In this document: positions 34,568 to 48,282 of the stretch, piece after piece
How the letters are laid out: each line of letters opens with the position of its first letter
Position numbering within the stretch: the first letter of the stretch is position 1
DNA from: Moniliella sp. 'wahieum'
Lineage: Eukaryota
Direction: 5' to 3'
DNA: 64,000 nucleotides
Assembly: GCA_003971905.1 (NCBI GenBank)
Contig: RSEE01000109.1
Location: 1 to 64,000 of the forward strand
Translations under genes and position numbers: made by a program
Notes under the pieces: model-generated
What the model saw: only the letters and a program-made list of their open reading frames with translations
Databases searched by the model: none
Told to the model about the DNA's origin: nothing

Positions 34568-37500
34568 ATGCCGCCCTCGCCGCCGACGCTCGCCCGGCCC
34601 TCGGCTCAGCCGCGGCGGCCGCAGCGCGCCATCGCTCGCCTCGTCTGGGCACCCTCGCCGCCCTCGTCTTCGTCCTGCTCGTCGTCCGCCCCACCCGCGC
34701 CGCCTCGCCCTTCTCCTTCGACGACGACGACGACGACGCTGGGACGACGACGACGACGGCCCCCACGTGCCGCCCCCCGCCGGGCGCCCACACCGCGTCC
34801 GCCGCCGCCGCCCACACGCGCAAGCAGCTCCTCTGGGGCCTACCGCCCCCAAAACTACTTTGGCTTCCGCGCGCCTGCCCGAGTCGCTCTTCATGGGCCT
34901 GGCCTGGACCGACGCCAGCTCGTACCAGGGCCTCGGCCAGCTCCGCCACGCCACACAACGACCAGCAGCAAGTCCGCTACGCCTGGACGCGCCACGACGG
35001 CCGTACCTTTGGCGAGGAGCGCATCATCGACCCCGCGACCAACATGGCTTCAACGTCTCCTTTGTCAAGCAGCTGCTCGATGCCGATCACCTCCCGGTGG
35101 CGGATCTGGGCCGTGCGCGTCAAGGGCAAAGCCATCGATCCTCTCGGCCCGCTCAGGCTTCCTTCTTCTCTTACTTTGGCACCGAATCTCCCGACATCAT
35201 CCTCGACTTTAATCCCGACACGGCCACCGCGCCCTCGCGCGGGTTCCCTCTGCACCAGCCCATCCAGCTCACCGGTACTTCCCCTGAACTGGGCGAGTTT
35301 GGCTCCGGATTGTCCACCCCACCGCTGCAGACCTCAACGAGGACAACAATGTCGTGCTCAACAAGGGCGTCACGGGCCCCGGGGCCGACCTCAAGCCGAC
35401 CAAGGTCGAAGAGACGGCCTACTTTTCTGCGCCCTTGCCCCATGCCGAAACGTGGCGCGTGACAAGTGTGCTCCAGAACAGCCTGGCGATGGCCATGCAA
35501 GGTGCTTTGGAAGCTGCCATTCCTGGTCTGGGGCAACAGGCTCGGGAGGAACAAGCGCGTGCGATGATTGAGTGGGACACCCATGGCCTACCGCATCCGG
35601 GCGTCGCGGGGCGCCTGCCCCAACTGGTCGCACCAGGCGAACACAACCTTGACTGCGCTGCAGACGTACGAGCTCAACCCTTCCAAAGCCCGGGGCGCCA
35701 CGACGCACGATGCCGACGCCGACGCTGACGCCGACGCGCAGCACGTGTTTGCCTTTGACATTTTCTTTGATTCGCCCACGTCGGGGCCCAAGTTGACCTC
35801 TGCCCAACTTACGCGCGCATTGGACGATGCGGGGAGAGCTTTGACCGGTCCTTTGCCACTGCGCTCCCGCTTCACCACATCTCCGACTCGGAGGAGGCCA
35901 AGGCAGTGGATCAGGCTTTGCGCGCGAACTTGTCTCGTCCGTCTTGGGTGGGGTGGGATACTTTTATGGAACGGCGGTGGGGACCGATCGCTCAGCGTGT
36001 CGGAAAGTGATACGGGCGATGAGGCTGCTGTGAGGGCGATGGCCAGCCCATCGACCTGGATGCTGTGGACAACCTTCGTGCGTCCGCAAGGCCGAGGCGG
36101 AGGAGGAAGATGAAGACGATTCCCATCCGGCGCGAGGGGCCTTACTCACTCACCTCCGGCACCCCAGGACGCAGTTTCTTCCCACGTGGTTTCTACTGGG
36201 ACGAAGGTTCCACCTCCCGGCCATTAGCGTGTTGGACCCCGAGTTGGGCCTCGAGATCCTCCACGACTGGTTCTCGGCCGCCGATGACGACGGTTGGATC
36301 CCTCGTGAGATGGCGCTCGGGACCGAGTCCGAGTCGCGTGTGCCTGCCGAATTCTTGCGCCAAGACCGGCCCACGCTAACCCGCCTACCCCGATCCTTGC
36401 GCTGCGTCTTGTGATTGACCGGCTCGGCCTGGGGCTCGACGCGAGCGTGGGCGGCGACGACACCAGACGACGGTTCCTGTGCCGCACGCTGCGTGGGACT
36501 GGGACGCATCATCCCAAGTCCCTCTGGGCCAGACGGGCAACGCATGCGACGACGCCGAGACGGACAAGTGCGTCGCGCCGCGCTAGAACGGCTGGCCGAG
36601 TTCTACCCTACGCTCAAGCGGCATTACGGCTGGTTCTGTCGGTCGCAGTTTGGCCTTGCCACTGCCGGTGGACGCACGCCCACGTCCGAGCTGCCCACAC
36701 GGGCTCAGGCGAACCGGGGCAGTGCGCTGCCGCGTTCCGCTGGCGTGGCCCGCTCACGTTCGGGCCATGTGTTTGCGTCGGGACTGGACGATTACCCACG
36801 TGCGTCGGTGCCGCACAGGGCGAACTGCATGTGGACTTGCACGCTTGGATGGCCGCGTTTGCGCGCAAACATGGCCTACGTGGCCAACGTCTTGGCGCAC
36901 CATGCTGTCCCCGTGCCGGGGGAGGCGCGGCGAAGGATGCACCGGCCTTTGCGACCGACTTGAGCGCCTGCAGAAGAACTTGGATGGTACGTGTCTTGTT
37001 CCCTTTTTGTGTTTGCCTCGGGGCAGGGGGTGGTGCGTGCGAGCGGGACGTGGACGAGGATGCTAACGCTGAGCTTCTGTGTGCTGCCGACAGCGCTGCA
37101 CTGGTCGGAGGCGCACCAGGCGTACTGCGACCTGACCATCACGGGCGGGCAGAGCGTGGCCGAGTGCCACGAGGGCTACGTGCCGCTGCTGCCGCTGTTC
37201 CTCGGCATCCTCGACCCGGCGAGCGAGCGTGTGGGGGCGCTGCTGGAGGTGCTGGGGGACGAGAAGGCGGGTGGTCGGCGCACGGCGTGCGCAGCCTTTC
37301 CAAGCGCGACGCGGCGTACGGCACGGGCGAGGACTACTGGCGCGGGCCCGTGTGGATGCCGCTCAACTACCTGCGCTGGGCGCGCTGAAGCGCTACGCGT
37401 CCGTCGCGGGGCCGCACCAGGCGCGTGCGGCCGACCTGTACGCGCGGCTGCGCTCCAACGTCGTGCGCACCGTCCAGACCGAGTATGCGCGCACCGGCTA

Positions 37501-37612
37501 CACCTGGGAACAGTACCACCCCGACACGGGCCATGGCCAGCGCTCCCACCCGTTCACCGGCTGGACCGCCCTGGTCGCCCTCGCGCTCGGCGAGGTGTAC
37601 TTTAGCACCTGA
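34568..37612 (+). CDS. CWH41: Mannosyl-oligosaccharide glucosidase (ER glucosidase I, GH63); intron about 36988-37092
   Basis: LLWGAYRPQNYFGFRA, YAWTRHDGR, WAVRVKG, TPGRSFFPRGFYWDEG, GWIPREMALG.E..SRVP.EF, SGLDDYPR, ELHVDL, CHEGY, YWRGPVWMPLNYL, WEQYHPDTGHGQRSHPFTGWT. Confidence 0.93.
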
Positions 37613-37937
37613 GCAATCCATCCATCATCCTGCCCATCGCCCTCGGCGGCCCTCCTGCTCGTGCCCCGCGCTTGTCCCGCTGCTGTAGATGCTAGACCCG
37701 CCCCATGGCCCCGGCGCCACCGAGGACGGTGCTGACGTAGTTCCCCCGATGATCGCACGCTTGCACGAAGAGGGCCGAGCGCCCGTCGCGTGACGTGTGA
37801 GGTGTGAGGCGAGGCGTGAGGGTGTCCCAGATCAAAAATTTACCAGCCACCGCCAGAAGACGCCGACGCCACTGCCACCCCACCGCCACCAAACTACCAC
37901 CACCACCACCACCACCACCCGGCCGGCCCCGACCACC

Positions 37938-40900
37938 ATGGCCGCCGTCGCGCCGCTCTCCGCCACCGACCCCAGCCCATCTACCCCGCCCTCCCTCCGC
38001 CCGGGCCCGCCGCCCCGGACCACGTTCTTTGCCCACACCTTCCCCCGCCTCTGCCCTCACCTCGTCCCGCACCTCGTCCCTGATCCTCCACCTGCACCAG
38101 CGCCTCCGCCACCCGTATCTCCGCCTCCTCAAGCAGATCAGCCACCGCCTTCTTCTGCCGGCCTCAAGCGCAAAAGGTCCACTGCCGCCACCAAGAAGCC
38201 ACGAGCCAGGCTCCACCTGTGCCTCCGCCGCCGCCCCCGCCGCCGCCAAGGACGAGCGAGATGTGATGCTGGCCCACGTCCAGGCGCTTTGGCACCTCCC
38301 ACCATGCCATGCCTGGAACGATGGTCTTGAGCCTCGCGCCCTCGCCTCCTGGCGGACGAGGGGATAGAGGTGAGGTGGCGTTGGCCAGCTTGGACCCGGT
38401 CCAGGTTGATGGCGACCGCACCTCCCGTCCCATCACCAACACCTTTATTTGTACAACCGGCGATGCGCCTTCGTTATCGCCTCCCTCACTCTCTTCCATT
38501 GGACCCTACAGGTCCCGGATCCAGCAGACCCAATGGTCCTTAGCTCCACTCTGCGCCCGTCTGGCCCGATCGCGGCATATTTCCCTCCAGGCTCAGCTGC
38601 GCATCGAGCGTCTCCCACCAGACGAGAACCCGGTACCACCCAGTGTGCCTTGCATTGCCGACCGTGCTCTGGCTCCTTCCTTTCAGCTGCGGCTCCAACT
38701 TTGTATCCACCTTGCCAGTCCAGCTTTCCATCCATCTTACCATGTCCACACGGCCAGCGACTTTGCCGAGCTGCTCCGCTTCGCCTCGCCCTCTCCCCCA
38801 CGAGGTCGAAGAGGCCGACCCGGCGCAGGCGGCCACGGCTGACGAGTTCCTTGCCCTTCTCCGCTCGCAGGGAAACAGGTTACGCCAAATGCGGCCGGAC
38901 GCGTCCTGGGTCTATCGTGCGCTGCGACATCCCCAGCCGCAAGAGGGGATCATCTTCTCGCCACACACCCCTTGTCCGACGCTGCCTTACTTCCTTACCA
39001 GCAGCGTACCCTTAGCTTTTTGTTGGGGAGAGAGGGGATGCGTGTCCGCCCCCGCCCGATGCAAGCATGTCCCGCCCAAGATGGAAGACATCGCCCTTCC
39101 TTCTGGTGACCTTGCCCCACCTTCCGAGTCCGAGCGAGTCATATCTGCGCCCACTGTGGACGCAGAGACGGGGGGTGCGGGCTGTTGGTTCCGTTGGCCG
39201 CAGACGCTTCCGATCGCAGGTAATGACTACCTATGGCCCTAATCGTCTGGGCATGTGGTGGGACGAGGTGGGGTTGGATTCCTTGCGGAGCCCCCTGTAC
39301 TTTAACACTGTCTATGGCTATTTCACCTTGGACCCAACCAGTGCCGCGGGGCAAGACGTCAAGGCCAGTCTGCTAGCCGAGGAGATGGGGTTGGGCAAGA
39401 CGGTGGAACTGTTATCGTTGATTCTATGGCACGCAGCTCCGCGCGCGTGGCGGGACCAACCAGCGTACCACAGCGACCGGTTGCAAGCGACTGTGACGCC
39501 GTCCAAGGCGACGCTCATCGTGGTCCCCGAGACGTTGCGGGACAGTGGTTGGATGAGGTGAGGCGACACGCTCCGGCATTGAAGGTCTACTCGTTTGAAA
39601 CCAGTGTCCAAGCGGAGAAGGTGGCGCAGCAGATCGGGTACACCCCCCTTAGCCTGAACGATGGAACACACAAAGTGCTTGGGACCAGTACGCCAGACGC
39701 TGGATGTGGTGATCACCACTTTCCACAAACTCAGTGCTGAGATTCACAAGGCGCGTGCTGAGCGGCCGCGCAGCCGCCGGACCGAGCGGAAGTACCCCCG
39801 CCCGCTCGGGTTGGTCACAGTACGGTGGTGGCGTGTGGCCGTGGACGAGGTGCAGTTGCTGGGCGGCACGAGCCAGGCGTTCGCGACGGCCGCTCTGTTA
39901 CCACGAGAGATGGGCGTGTGTGCGGGCACGCCGGTGCAGTCGATCAAAGACCTAGAGGCCTGCTTGACCTTTCTGCGTGTTCCGGGCCTTGCCTGGCCCG
40001 AGGAAGGCGATACGACGCAACTCGGCCCCGTGACGGGCGCTGCTTCGTGGGTGTTGGATCGGCGGATGAAGCCACAGCTTATGCGGTTGCTCGCTTGGAT
40101 TGGTGTTCGTCACACTAAGAAGGACGTGCACGCCGAGATGGTCCTGCCACCTCAAACGCGGCGATTGATGCCGGTAGAATGACCCGGGTCGAACGGGCAT
40201 TTTACCACGACATGTTTCGACGAAGTAAGTGGTTCGCTAGTAGCATGTCGACTGTCTGTACTGACTGTTGCCCTCCCTGAAGCGATGGAAGACCTGGGCC
40301 TGGCGGATCTGGGGATGGACGAAACTCTGGCGCGTGTCTGGTCCGGAGAAGAGTCGTGACGTTGAACTAAGTGACTTGGTGCGTCGCTTGCGACAGGCAT
40401 GCACCCACCCCCAAGCGGTGGCCCGACCTAACCTGGGAGCATTGTGGAACCTACGACTGCGGAGCATCGATGATGTGTTGGTGCTCATGGTTGAGCAGGG
40501 GCACAATGAGCGAATCAATGCCACCCTGCTCAACTTCCAAAGGAAGATCACCCGAGCCTCTCTCATCCTCCAGAACGTGGAGAACGAAAACCGTCTATTG
40601 GAAGCCCAAGGACTTTTGGGTGACGTGGCGGACCAGCTGACAGAGTCGATTGAGGGTCTGGTGCACGAGGCCCATCGAGCTCATTTGGTCGGGCCGTTGT
40701 ACAAGTTTACAGAGGAGACATTGGCGCATGCCTTGCGTGCCCAAAAGGTGAACGGACCAGGAGGGAAACGAAATGATTGGGAACGAGGAAGAGCATCATA
40801 TGGCCGATCAGCTCAAGGCACGCTCACATTACCTCAGTACCACTCGGGATCGCATCCTACGCTATCGTGAGCAGCTTCATCGTGTCTACCAGTTCCTGGG

Positions 40901-43182
40901 CAACACGTACTTCCAGCTCGGCGAAGCTTGGCACAAGAAACAGCAGTCTCAGGGGGTAGGAGGCTCAGTCGATCACAACCCGTGGAACTAAGAGTGAGGG
41001 ACAGACAGCTCAGATCCACCTGTCGAAGTCGCTGCAGGACTGGACTGGTGGCACAGACCCGTCTGCGGAAGCGGCCCAATCAAGTCGGATCGCTTCCCCC
41101 GCACGCAATGGAGAACGCGAATCCGTACAAGGCTGACGAGGATTATATGTACCAACAAGCCGAACAGATCCGCCGCATTTTGCTCAGCGAGGCGAGTGAC
41201 TTGGTCGACAAGGCAGTCGAGACATTTTCCCAGCGTCGCATGGACACGGCAACAGGCGTCGTCGGCACCGTACCAACGAATGGCTTGTGGCCGAGGTGGA
41301 GGCAACGCAAGCAGTGCCCATGATGGGGCGGGCATGGGTCACGATGTACCATCGGTGGATTGGCGTGGCGAACAAGCAAGCCAAATGTCTCCTCCGTTGG
41401 CGGCAGGAGATTTACCATCGGATCAGCCAGGCGGTCAATCGCGAGGTCGATCTCGAAAATCAAGACGATGACCAATTTGCCGAGAACTTGGATCGACAAC
41501 ACGAGGCCGAGGCCTACCTCGATATGTACCGCGTCTTGTGGCTGAACGCGAGTACCTGCTCACGGGGGTGGATGTGTGGGAGCACGCGACCGTCCCTTAC
41601 TCTTCCACCAGCTTGAGACGAAAGTGTTTCAACAACGTTGGGCGCGCCTGAACCAGCCGGAGATGACTGAGGCGAGGAAGCCGAGGGCGAAGCTGCCCGA
41701 CAGCAGTTGCGCGTTTTTCCAACGCCTCGACGCGGAGCTAAAGGAGGTTATTCTTCCCCCGATGATTCGCCCTCTTCGCCACATTGGAAGTGAGTTGCGC
41801 GGGCAATGACCGCTCTCTGGCGTCCATGGATGCCCAGCTGATTGCTTCTGTTCAATCATCCATTCGCACCGTGCTGGCAGATCAGGGTAAGCTAGTGGAG
41901 CGAGCCAAGCGAGATTCAGCGCTCTTGATGGCCATTTACAATGCCCGCTCGACGTACTTCAAGCGGATCCAACAGCTGTCTGATACCGTGGCGGATGTGG
42001 CGGTGAAAGATGTGCCGCGGGCGATCCAGGCGAGCATAAGGGAAAACGGGTAGCAGCCAAAGAATTGGCCGGCCTCATCGCCCGCGTTCGCTACCTCGAG
42101 CACCTATTGTCTGCCCAAACGAGTGGTACGCACCAAGGAGGATCCTCCCACGTACCCGAGTGCATTGTCTGTACCGAACGGATTTTCAATGGTGTTCTGC
42201 TACAAGCGTGCGGCCACGTTTTCTGTGAAGACTGTTTCCACGAATGGACCAAACGGAGGTGGACATGCCCAGTATGCGTACGAAGCTTGGCCGTGGGTCG
42301 GATCAGCTGCATCGCGTCTCGTATCATGTCGAGGAAAACGAGGAAGGAGCGTCCGGGCCCATGTCAAAAGTTCTGGACCAGACTCGGTTGTGCTCGGGTT
42401 GAACCGTTCCAGGGGCGCGCAAGCCCCGGTTCCGGGTTCTCGACTACCATTCTGCCAGGCGCACGGCATGTTAACCTGGATACGATGAACGTCATTACCG
42501 CCTCGCAACGGTTTGATATTCTGGAGACGTCGGTGGTGGGCAGCCAAGGAAGCAAAATTGACCTGTTGGTCCGTCACCTACGACACATCATCCTCCACTC
42601 TACGGACAAGGCACTGGTGTTTAGTAACTTTGCACGGGGCCTGGATATGGTGGGGGATGCGTTGGCCCAGAACCAGATCCCCTTTGTTCGCTCGGATGTG
42701 GCAGGGGGTACGAGGCGTGGGGGTGCCCGTACACTTGCTCGCCAAGGCGCCCGAGGGGGGACCAAACATTGTGCCTCGGTCTTTCAGAACGACGCGACGG
42801 TGCGTGTGTTTCTTTGCATGCCGACTCGCAAGCGAGCGGACTCAACTTGACTGCTGCCACGCATGTCTTCCTCCTGGCTCCCTTGGCCAATAAGGGCATG
42901 GAGATGCAGGCCATCGGACGGGTGCATCGCATCGGCCAGACCAAGCCCACCCACGTGTGGGGGTACTTTGTCCTAGACTCGGTCGAAGAGACTCGCTTCA
43001 CCTACGCTCAGCAAGGCCACTCGATTTTTTCCAAAGACCCCGACCTGGCAACCGCGACGGAAGAGGAGAGCGGCGCGGGCACAGTTGTCATGCCGGCTAG
43101 GAAAGATAAAGGCGGCGACTTGGTAACTTCACGGGACGATTTGATCGCTTGCCTCTTCCCTCGTTCCTTGCCAGAATCGTGA
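37938..43182 (+). CDS. IRC20: SNF2-family helicase with RING E3 ligase, Irc20/SHPRH-like (spliced, frameshifted)
   Basis: Walker A LLAEEMGLGKT, KATLIVVP, WWRVAVDEVQ, LRQACTHPQ, RING CIVC..CGHVFCEDC..CPVC, GSKIDLLVRHL, GLNLTAATHVFL, QAIGRVHRIGQTKPTHV. Confidence 0.85.
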
Positions 43183-46100
43183 GGAATGGCTATTTTATCA
43201 ATTGCTTCTAGTATTATCGTATGGGATGCATGGAGATAGGCCACAGTGACAGAAAACGAGATGGATGGGGGTCCATTTTATTGAGGCAGGGAGGAAAGAA
43301 GGGCAGGCATGATCGTGCAAATTCGGATTGATGATATGAACTACTAAAAGAGAGGAACGCCGATAGCGGGGGTGTTATGGGGCGCTCCGGTCATCTCTCC
43401 GGACACCGAGCCCCGCATGTCGTAGAACCCTCATCGACGCACACACGCCATTCCCACGAATCTTGTGATAAGAGCCACACGGACCACTTGCCGCGGATGT
43501 TTTCCGCGGAGAGCCAGGAGAGGACCGGACTTAACGGTACGAAGCTTCGTATCCGCGGCATCCGGTCTTGTTGAACTCCACATCGACTGCGGCCCACCGG
43601 ATCGCAGTCTGGGCAGAACAGGCCGCCCTTTGCCTTTTACTACTGTAGATTCCCCTTCTTCTGTTGATGCCTGTTCTGATGTTACGATATAAAAGCAGCC
43701 CGGTCTGAGGCTTGCTGGCGGTGATCCTCACCGCCAACCTTTCCCTTTCCCCCCTCGTCAACCTCGTCTATACTCCCGACTTCACTCTTCACTCTTCACC
43801 CTTATACGCTTACGAATTTACGACTTACGTCGAGTACTCTGCAAGTCGCGGTTACTATCAGTAGCACTTGCTCTTCTTTAGGACTCTGTCTGTTCCCGCC
43901 AACTATAGCGTGCCAACGTGGTAACGCCGCGAGGAACGGAGTAACTCCGGAGATCCTGGACCCCTTCAATTGGTCTTACGACTTGCGAACACGGCTCCTA
44001 CCTCGGAGGGTCTGAGCTGCGGCCTTTGCACGCAGGCAGCCACCCAAACTAGAGGGTCTCTCCCTTGCCTCTACACCCGCTCGGTTCAACCAGGATCTGA
44101 AGCAGGACCTAACGTACGTAACTCTAATGCCATGTCCAAGGGCTTTCACCCCTAAATTCCGGGGTCGAGCTCCGTCTCGGGGCTCGCCCCATGACAGGGG
44201 GAGGGGTCAAGTTTCTTCCCTTGCAATCCCCCCCATCCGGTCGGGGGAGCCTCAGGGACGAGAAACCTTCCAAAGCCTCAGTAGCCACAATGGTCGCCTG
44301 CAGCTCGATGCGACAGCAACTGGGCCCTAGTAAACCTGCTAGTAAGGCAGACGGAAACCGAGCCAGACTGCCGCCTGTGGGGTACTGGGTTAATCAGGGC
44401 CGAATAGCGCAGCTGGCCTGTCGGCTCTGGTGCCTGCATCTAGCCGACCGGTCCTGCACTCTGGTGCTTCCCTCAGAGAGACGCCTGGACCCTTGTGCTC
44501 ACGCTTAGTTGGCCACTGTACTGCCGAGCTCGTCTGCTCTCTGGCGCTTCGCACTGAGATCCCCCCTGCCCCATCACCCCGTCCCCCTTTCACTGTCCGT
44601 GCATTGCTTCTGCCGTACGTGCTCATTCTATTCTCTCTTGCGCAACAGCGCGCCGTTGCTGACCTGGCCCTGCTGCCTGTATATACAGACCCCTCGCGGG
44701 CCATCTTGTCCTCGTTTGATCTGGTCCGCTTGCTCAGCATTGCCCTCACTTCTGCTGATCTTGTGGGTCGCATACGTGATAAGAATGCGCCCTCTCACTC
44801 GCCTTCGACCCACCCTTGTCCGTCTGCTCACTTTGGCTGTCTTTTGCTCACATGGTTTGCCTCGCCTCTGGCCCTCTCGCATGGCTGGGTCTGCCTTGCC
44901 ATCATACGTCCCCCGTACTTCGGGGTTGGAGTTGTCCCACCGCTGATACTGGGCCCAGCTGCTGCATGCACGGAATCCCACGGTTGGGTCGTCTCGCCTT
45001 GTTCGCCTCGACTCATCTGACCTGTTTCGCCGTCGTACGCCATCTGTCATATGCCGACGCTGTTTCTGACCTCGTCGGCCCTACCCGTGTACATTCCGAC
45101 TTCATCCCGCTTGTCCTCGCTACTGGCTGACTTGATCGCCTGGCCCCTGAGTCTGTCGCACATCTTCTGTACTAATATCTCGCTAGCCCTCTGTGCTGCT
45201 GCTGACTTGGCCAGCTTCTCCCTAGTGCGCGCTCCCCTAACACTAACCTACCACTTGCTGTGCAGCTCACTGCTCTACCACGTTGTGGTGCTTCCGTCTT
45301 ACGTCGCACCTAACCGTGGTTACCGTGTAATCGCCTTCCCAGCGATCTTCGAATGCATTCTATTTCTACAAAAATAACTGCCCTGCCTGTAAATTTCTAT
45401 ACTATATAGGTCTGCATCGATGCCAGCCCCAACCACAGCCAGCAGATTAGAGAGCCTACAAGCACGCATCCAATCAACAGTTCAGCGACTGAGCGCATGT
45501 GGCCAAAGGGCTTAAAATGAGGTGGCCAAAGTGTCCAAACCTCCATCGGGAGAGAGTTAATTAATTTTTGGCTGATGAAACAACATAGTATAACTTTTCA
45601 TGACCGCCCGTGGATGATTCATCTGGCTACTCCAATATATCTGCAGTCATGCAGTGGTCTCCAACAGACCACAGTTTGTCCACTTACATTGCATGGTTCG
45701 CAGGCCTAGTGGTAGTTTGCCTGTCTAAGTATATACTAAAGACCCTTCTGTACTAAGTAAGAATGTATTGGAGGAAAGCGACCAAACGTCTTGTCCTACT
45801 ACTATGTCCCCGCTCAACTTCGGCCTCGTTTGGACTCTCGACTTGGAAACGCTATTCCACAGGCAAAGCAGAGGGGCGACGACTCTTTATTTGGTACGAA
45901 AAGCGACGCCTCAGACCGACGTCTGGTCCCCTTTTGCCCGACGAGCCAGAGGACGGGCTCCCTCACGGCCCTCGCTCAGGCAAGGCTGTCTTCGTCCAGG
46001 ACGCTACACCGGTACACGTTCCACCTTTATCACTGGTGGGTGGACATGCCGCGACAATTGTGTCTTTGCAGTTGCCCCCCCAAATCACACCATCCAACCC

Positions 46101-47278
46101 CAACCCCATCTCTCCTTGATATCTGCGGTTTCACCGTAAGGTAACTAGTATGGCCGCCCAGCAGCTCCATGCGAAAACTGAGAGTTTGCCGTTCCCTAGA
46201 TCATGTCCATTTCATTGACAGAGCTTAAGGCTGGGACAGGGGGAACGCTACGTCTAAACCTAACCGTTCATCTTTTGCGGGGGTTACTTGGGGGCGCCAC
46301 TAAGGTCAAGGAACCAGGGGGATCGCCAGGATATCAGGACCCTCCGGCTCACGCCATCCGGTCCCGTGCCCTAGGAAGCGCGTGTGGACACGGATGAACG
46401 TGGTTGACATCCGAGCGAGGAACCATTTCCACTGAGACTTAGTAGCCAACTCCTTCCAATGCGCAAACAACTTGCCCGCCGTCTTGGTGCCGTAGTGTCC
46501 TCGCGTCGTCAAAAAACCAGGGGGAAAAGGCTCTTGAGTGCGTCCCTGGTACTTGGCGTTCTTGTAGCATTCTGCTTGTTCAATCATCCGAAGCAGCTCC
46601 TTCTCCTGCGTTCTAAGGGAGTTGCGGTCCTCTCATGCACCACCCTCCGGGACGCGCTCTGCGCCTCCAGCGATCCCGTGTTCCGTTCCCTATGAAAACA
46701 GGGTGGTGCACTTGTCATGTTTTTCGGAAGGTCTCCGTTCAATCCCCACAGCCACCTGGCCCCGTGTCCCAGACGAGATCCTGGCGGTTTCAGGCTTGGA
46801 CACTCATTCTGACGAGCTACAGCCCGTGGCGAACAGGGATATATCGATCTTCGGCGTTTCTCTATCGCACGCTGTGGATGCTACGCACGTGAGTACGGGG
46901 ATGGGTGTCTGAGACACCTCGGAACCATGGCCAGAACGGCACAGCGCCAGTGTGGTTCCGCTAGGGTTCGCCCCGGTTGCCGCAGCAGCCAGGCAACCCT
47001 AGCGCTGCTGGAGCGCGGCGCCGGCTGCCGCCCGCCACGCCCTATGGCGAACGCAGCGTCGCCGTCGCCGCTGCCACACCAAGACCGCAATCGTTGAGGT
47101 ACGCAGGATGCTCCTTCCCCTCTCTGTGCCCTCTCCCTCGCCCTCTCCCCGTCTTCCCGCGCCGGTTCGCGCTGCGAGGGGCACGGCTATTTGCGAGGGA
47201 TGGTGTGCGGGCGGCCCGCGCAACAGTTGGGACCAAGGAAGGAGCCGTACTGACAGCTGCAGGTAGTGTTGATTCAAG

Positions 47279-48051
47279 ATGGCGATTGGCAAGAATAAGA
47301 AGCTGGGCAAGAAGGGGATGAAGAAGAAGACGGTGGACCCCATGTCGCGCAAGGTGTGGCACGATATTCGTGCGCCGACCTTTTTTGACAACCGGACGGT
47401 GGGCAAGACGATTGTCAACAAGTCGCAGGGCTTGGTCAATGCCAACGATTCGCTCAAGGGGCGGATTGTCGAGGCCTCCTTGGCCGATCTCAACAAGGAT
47501 GAGGAACAGTCGTTTCGGAAATTCTCGTTGCGCGTGGACGAGGTGCAGGCCGGTCGTGCCTGACCAACTTTCACTCTATGAACTTCACCACGGACAAGAT
47601 CCGTTCGTTGGTGCGCAGTGGCAGACGACGATCGAGGCCCCCAAGACGTCAAGTTGACGGATGGGTATGTGGTGCGTCTCTTTGTGATTGCGTTCACCAA
47701 GCGCCGTTCCAACCGTGAGCAAGACGACCTATGCCCAGTCGGCCCAGGTGCGCGCGATCCGGCAAAAGATGTTCCAGATCATCAAGCGCGAATCGAAACG
47801 TGCGACATTAAGGAGCTGGTTCAAAAACTCATTCCCGAAGTCATTGGCCGTGAGATTGAAAAGTCCACCCGGGGCATTACCCGCTCAAGGACGTGTTTGT
47901 TCACAAGGTCAAGATCATCAAGAAGCCCAAGTTTGACGTGTCGCGTCTCGTTGAGCTCCACGGCGTGCGGCCAACGTGGTGGGCGCCGAGGACTTGGTGC
48001 CAAGGTCAGAGCGCCGAGTTTGTCGAACCCACGCCTCTCGCTAGTGTCTAA
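47279..48051 (+). CDS. RPS1: 40S ribosomal protein eS1 (S1/S3a); 5'-UTR intron 47099-47262
   Basis: [90 protein letters not shown]. Confidence 0.97.
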
Positions 48052-48282
48052 GTGCATTGGGCTCGGTTCACTCTCTTCCTCCTTCCCAAAATAGCGCGAC
48101 CCCTCTCCCGAATCGAGAATGGGCTCGCGACGGCACTGAGTGCCCACACTTGCTCCTCCCACCTCCTCCTCCCCCCATGCTCCATGCTGCGCTATACATA
48201 TCCTTCGCTTTCCTCTGGACATAGACCTATGGAAATCCACCTCCCTAAATGGGCATGTAGGGACCAAAGGAAGGTGCAATCT

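Noticed and set aside
43630..43645. GCCTTTTAC, identical to U5 snRNA loop I
   Set aside because: The flanks (CCCTTT / TACTGT) do not form the U5 stem and there is no Sm site at the expected distance.
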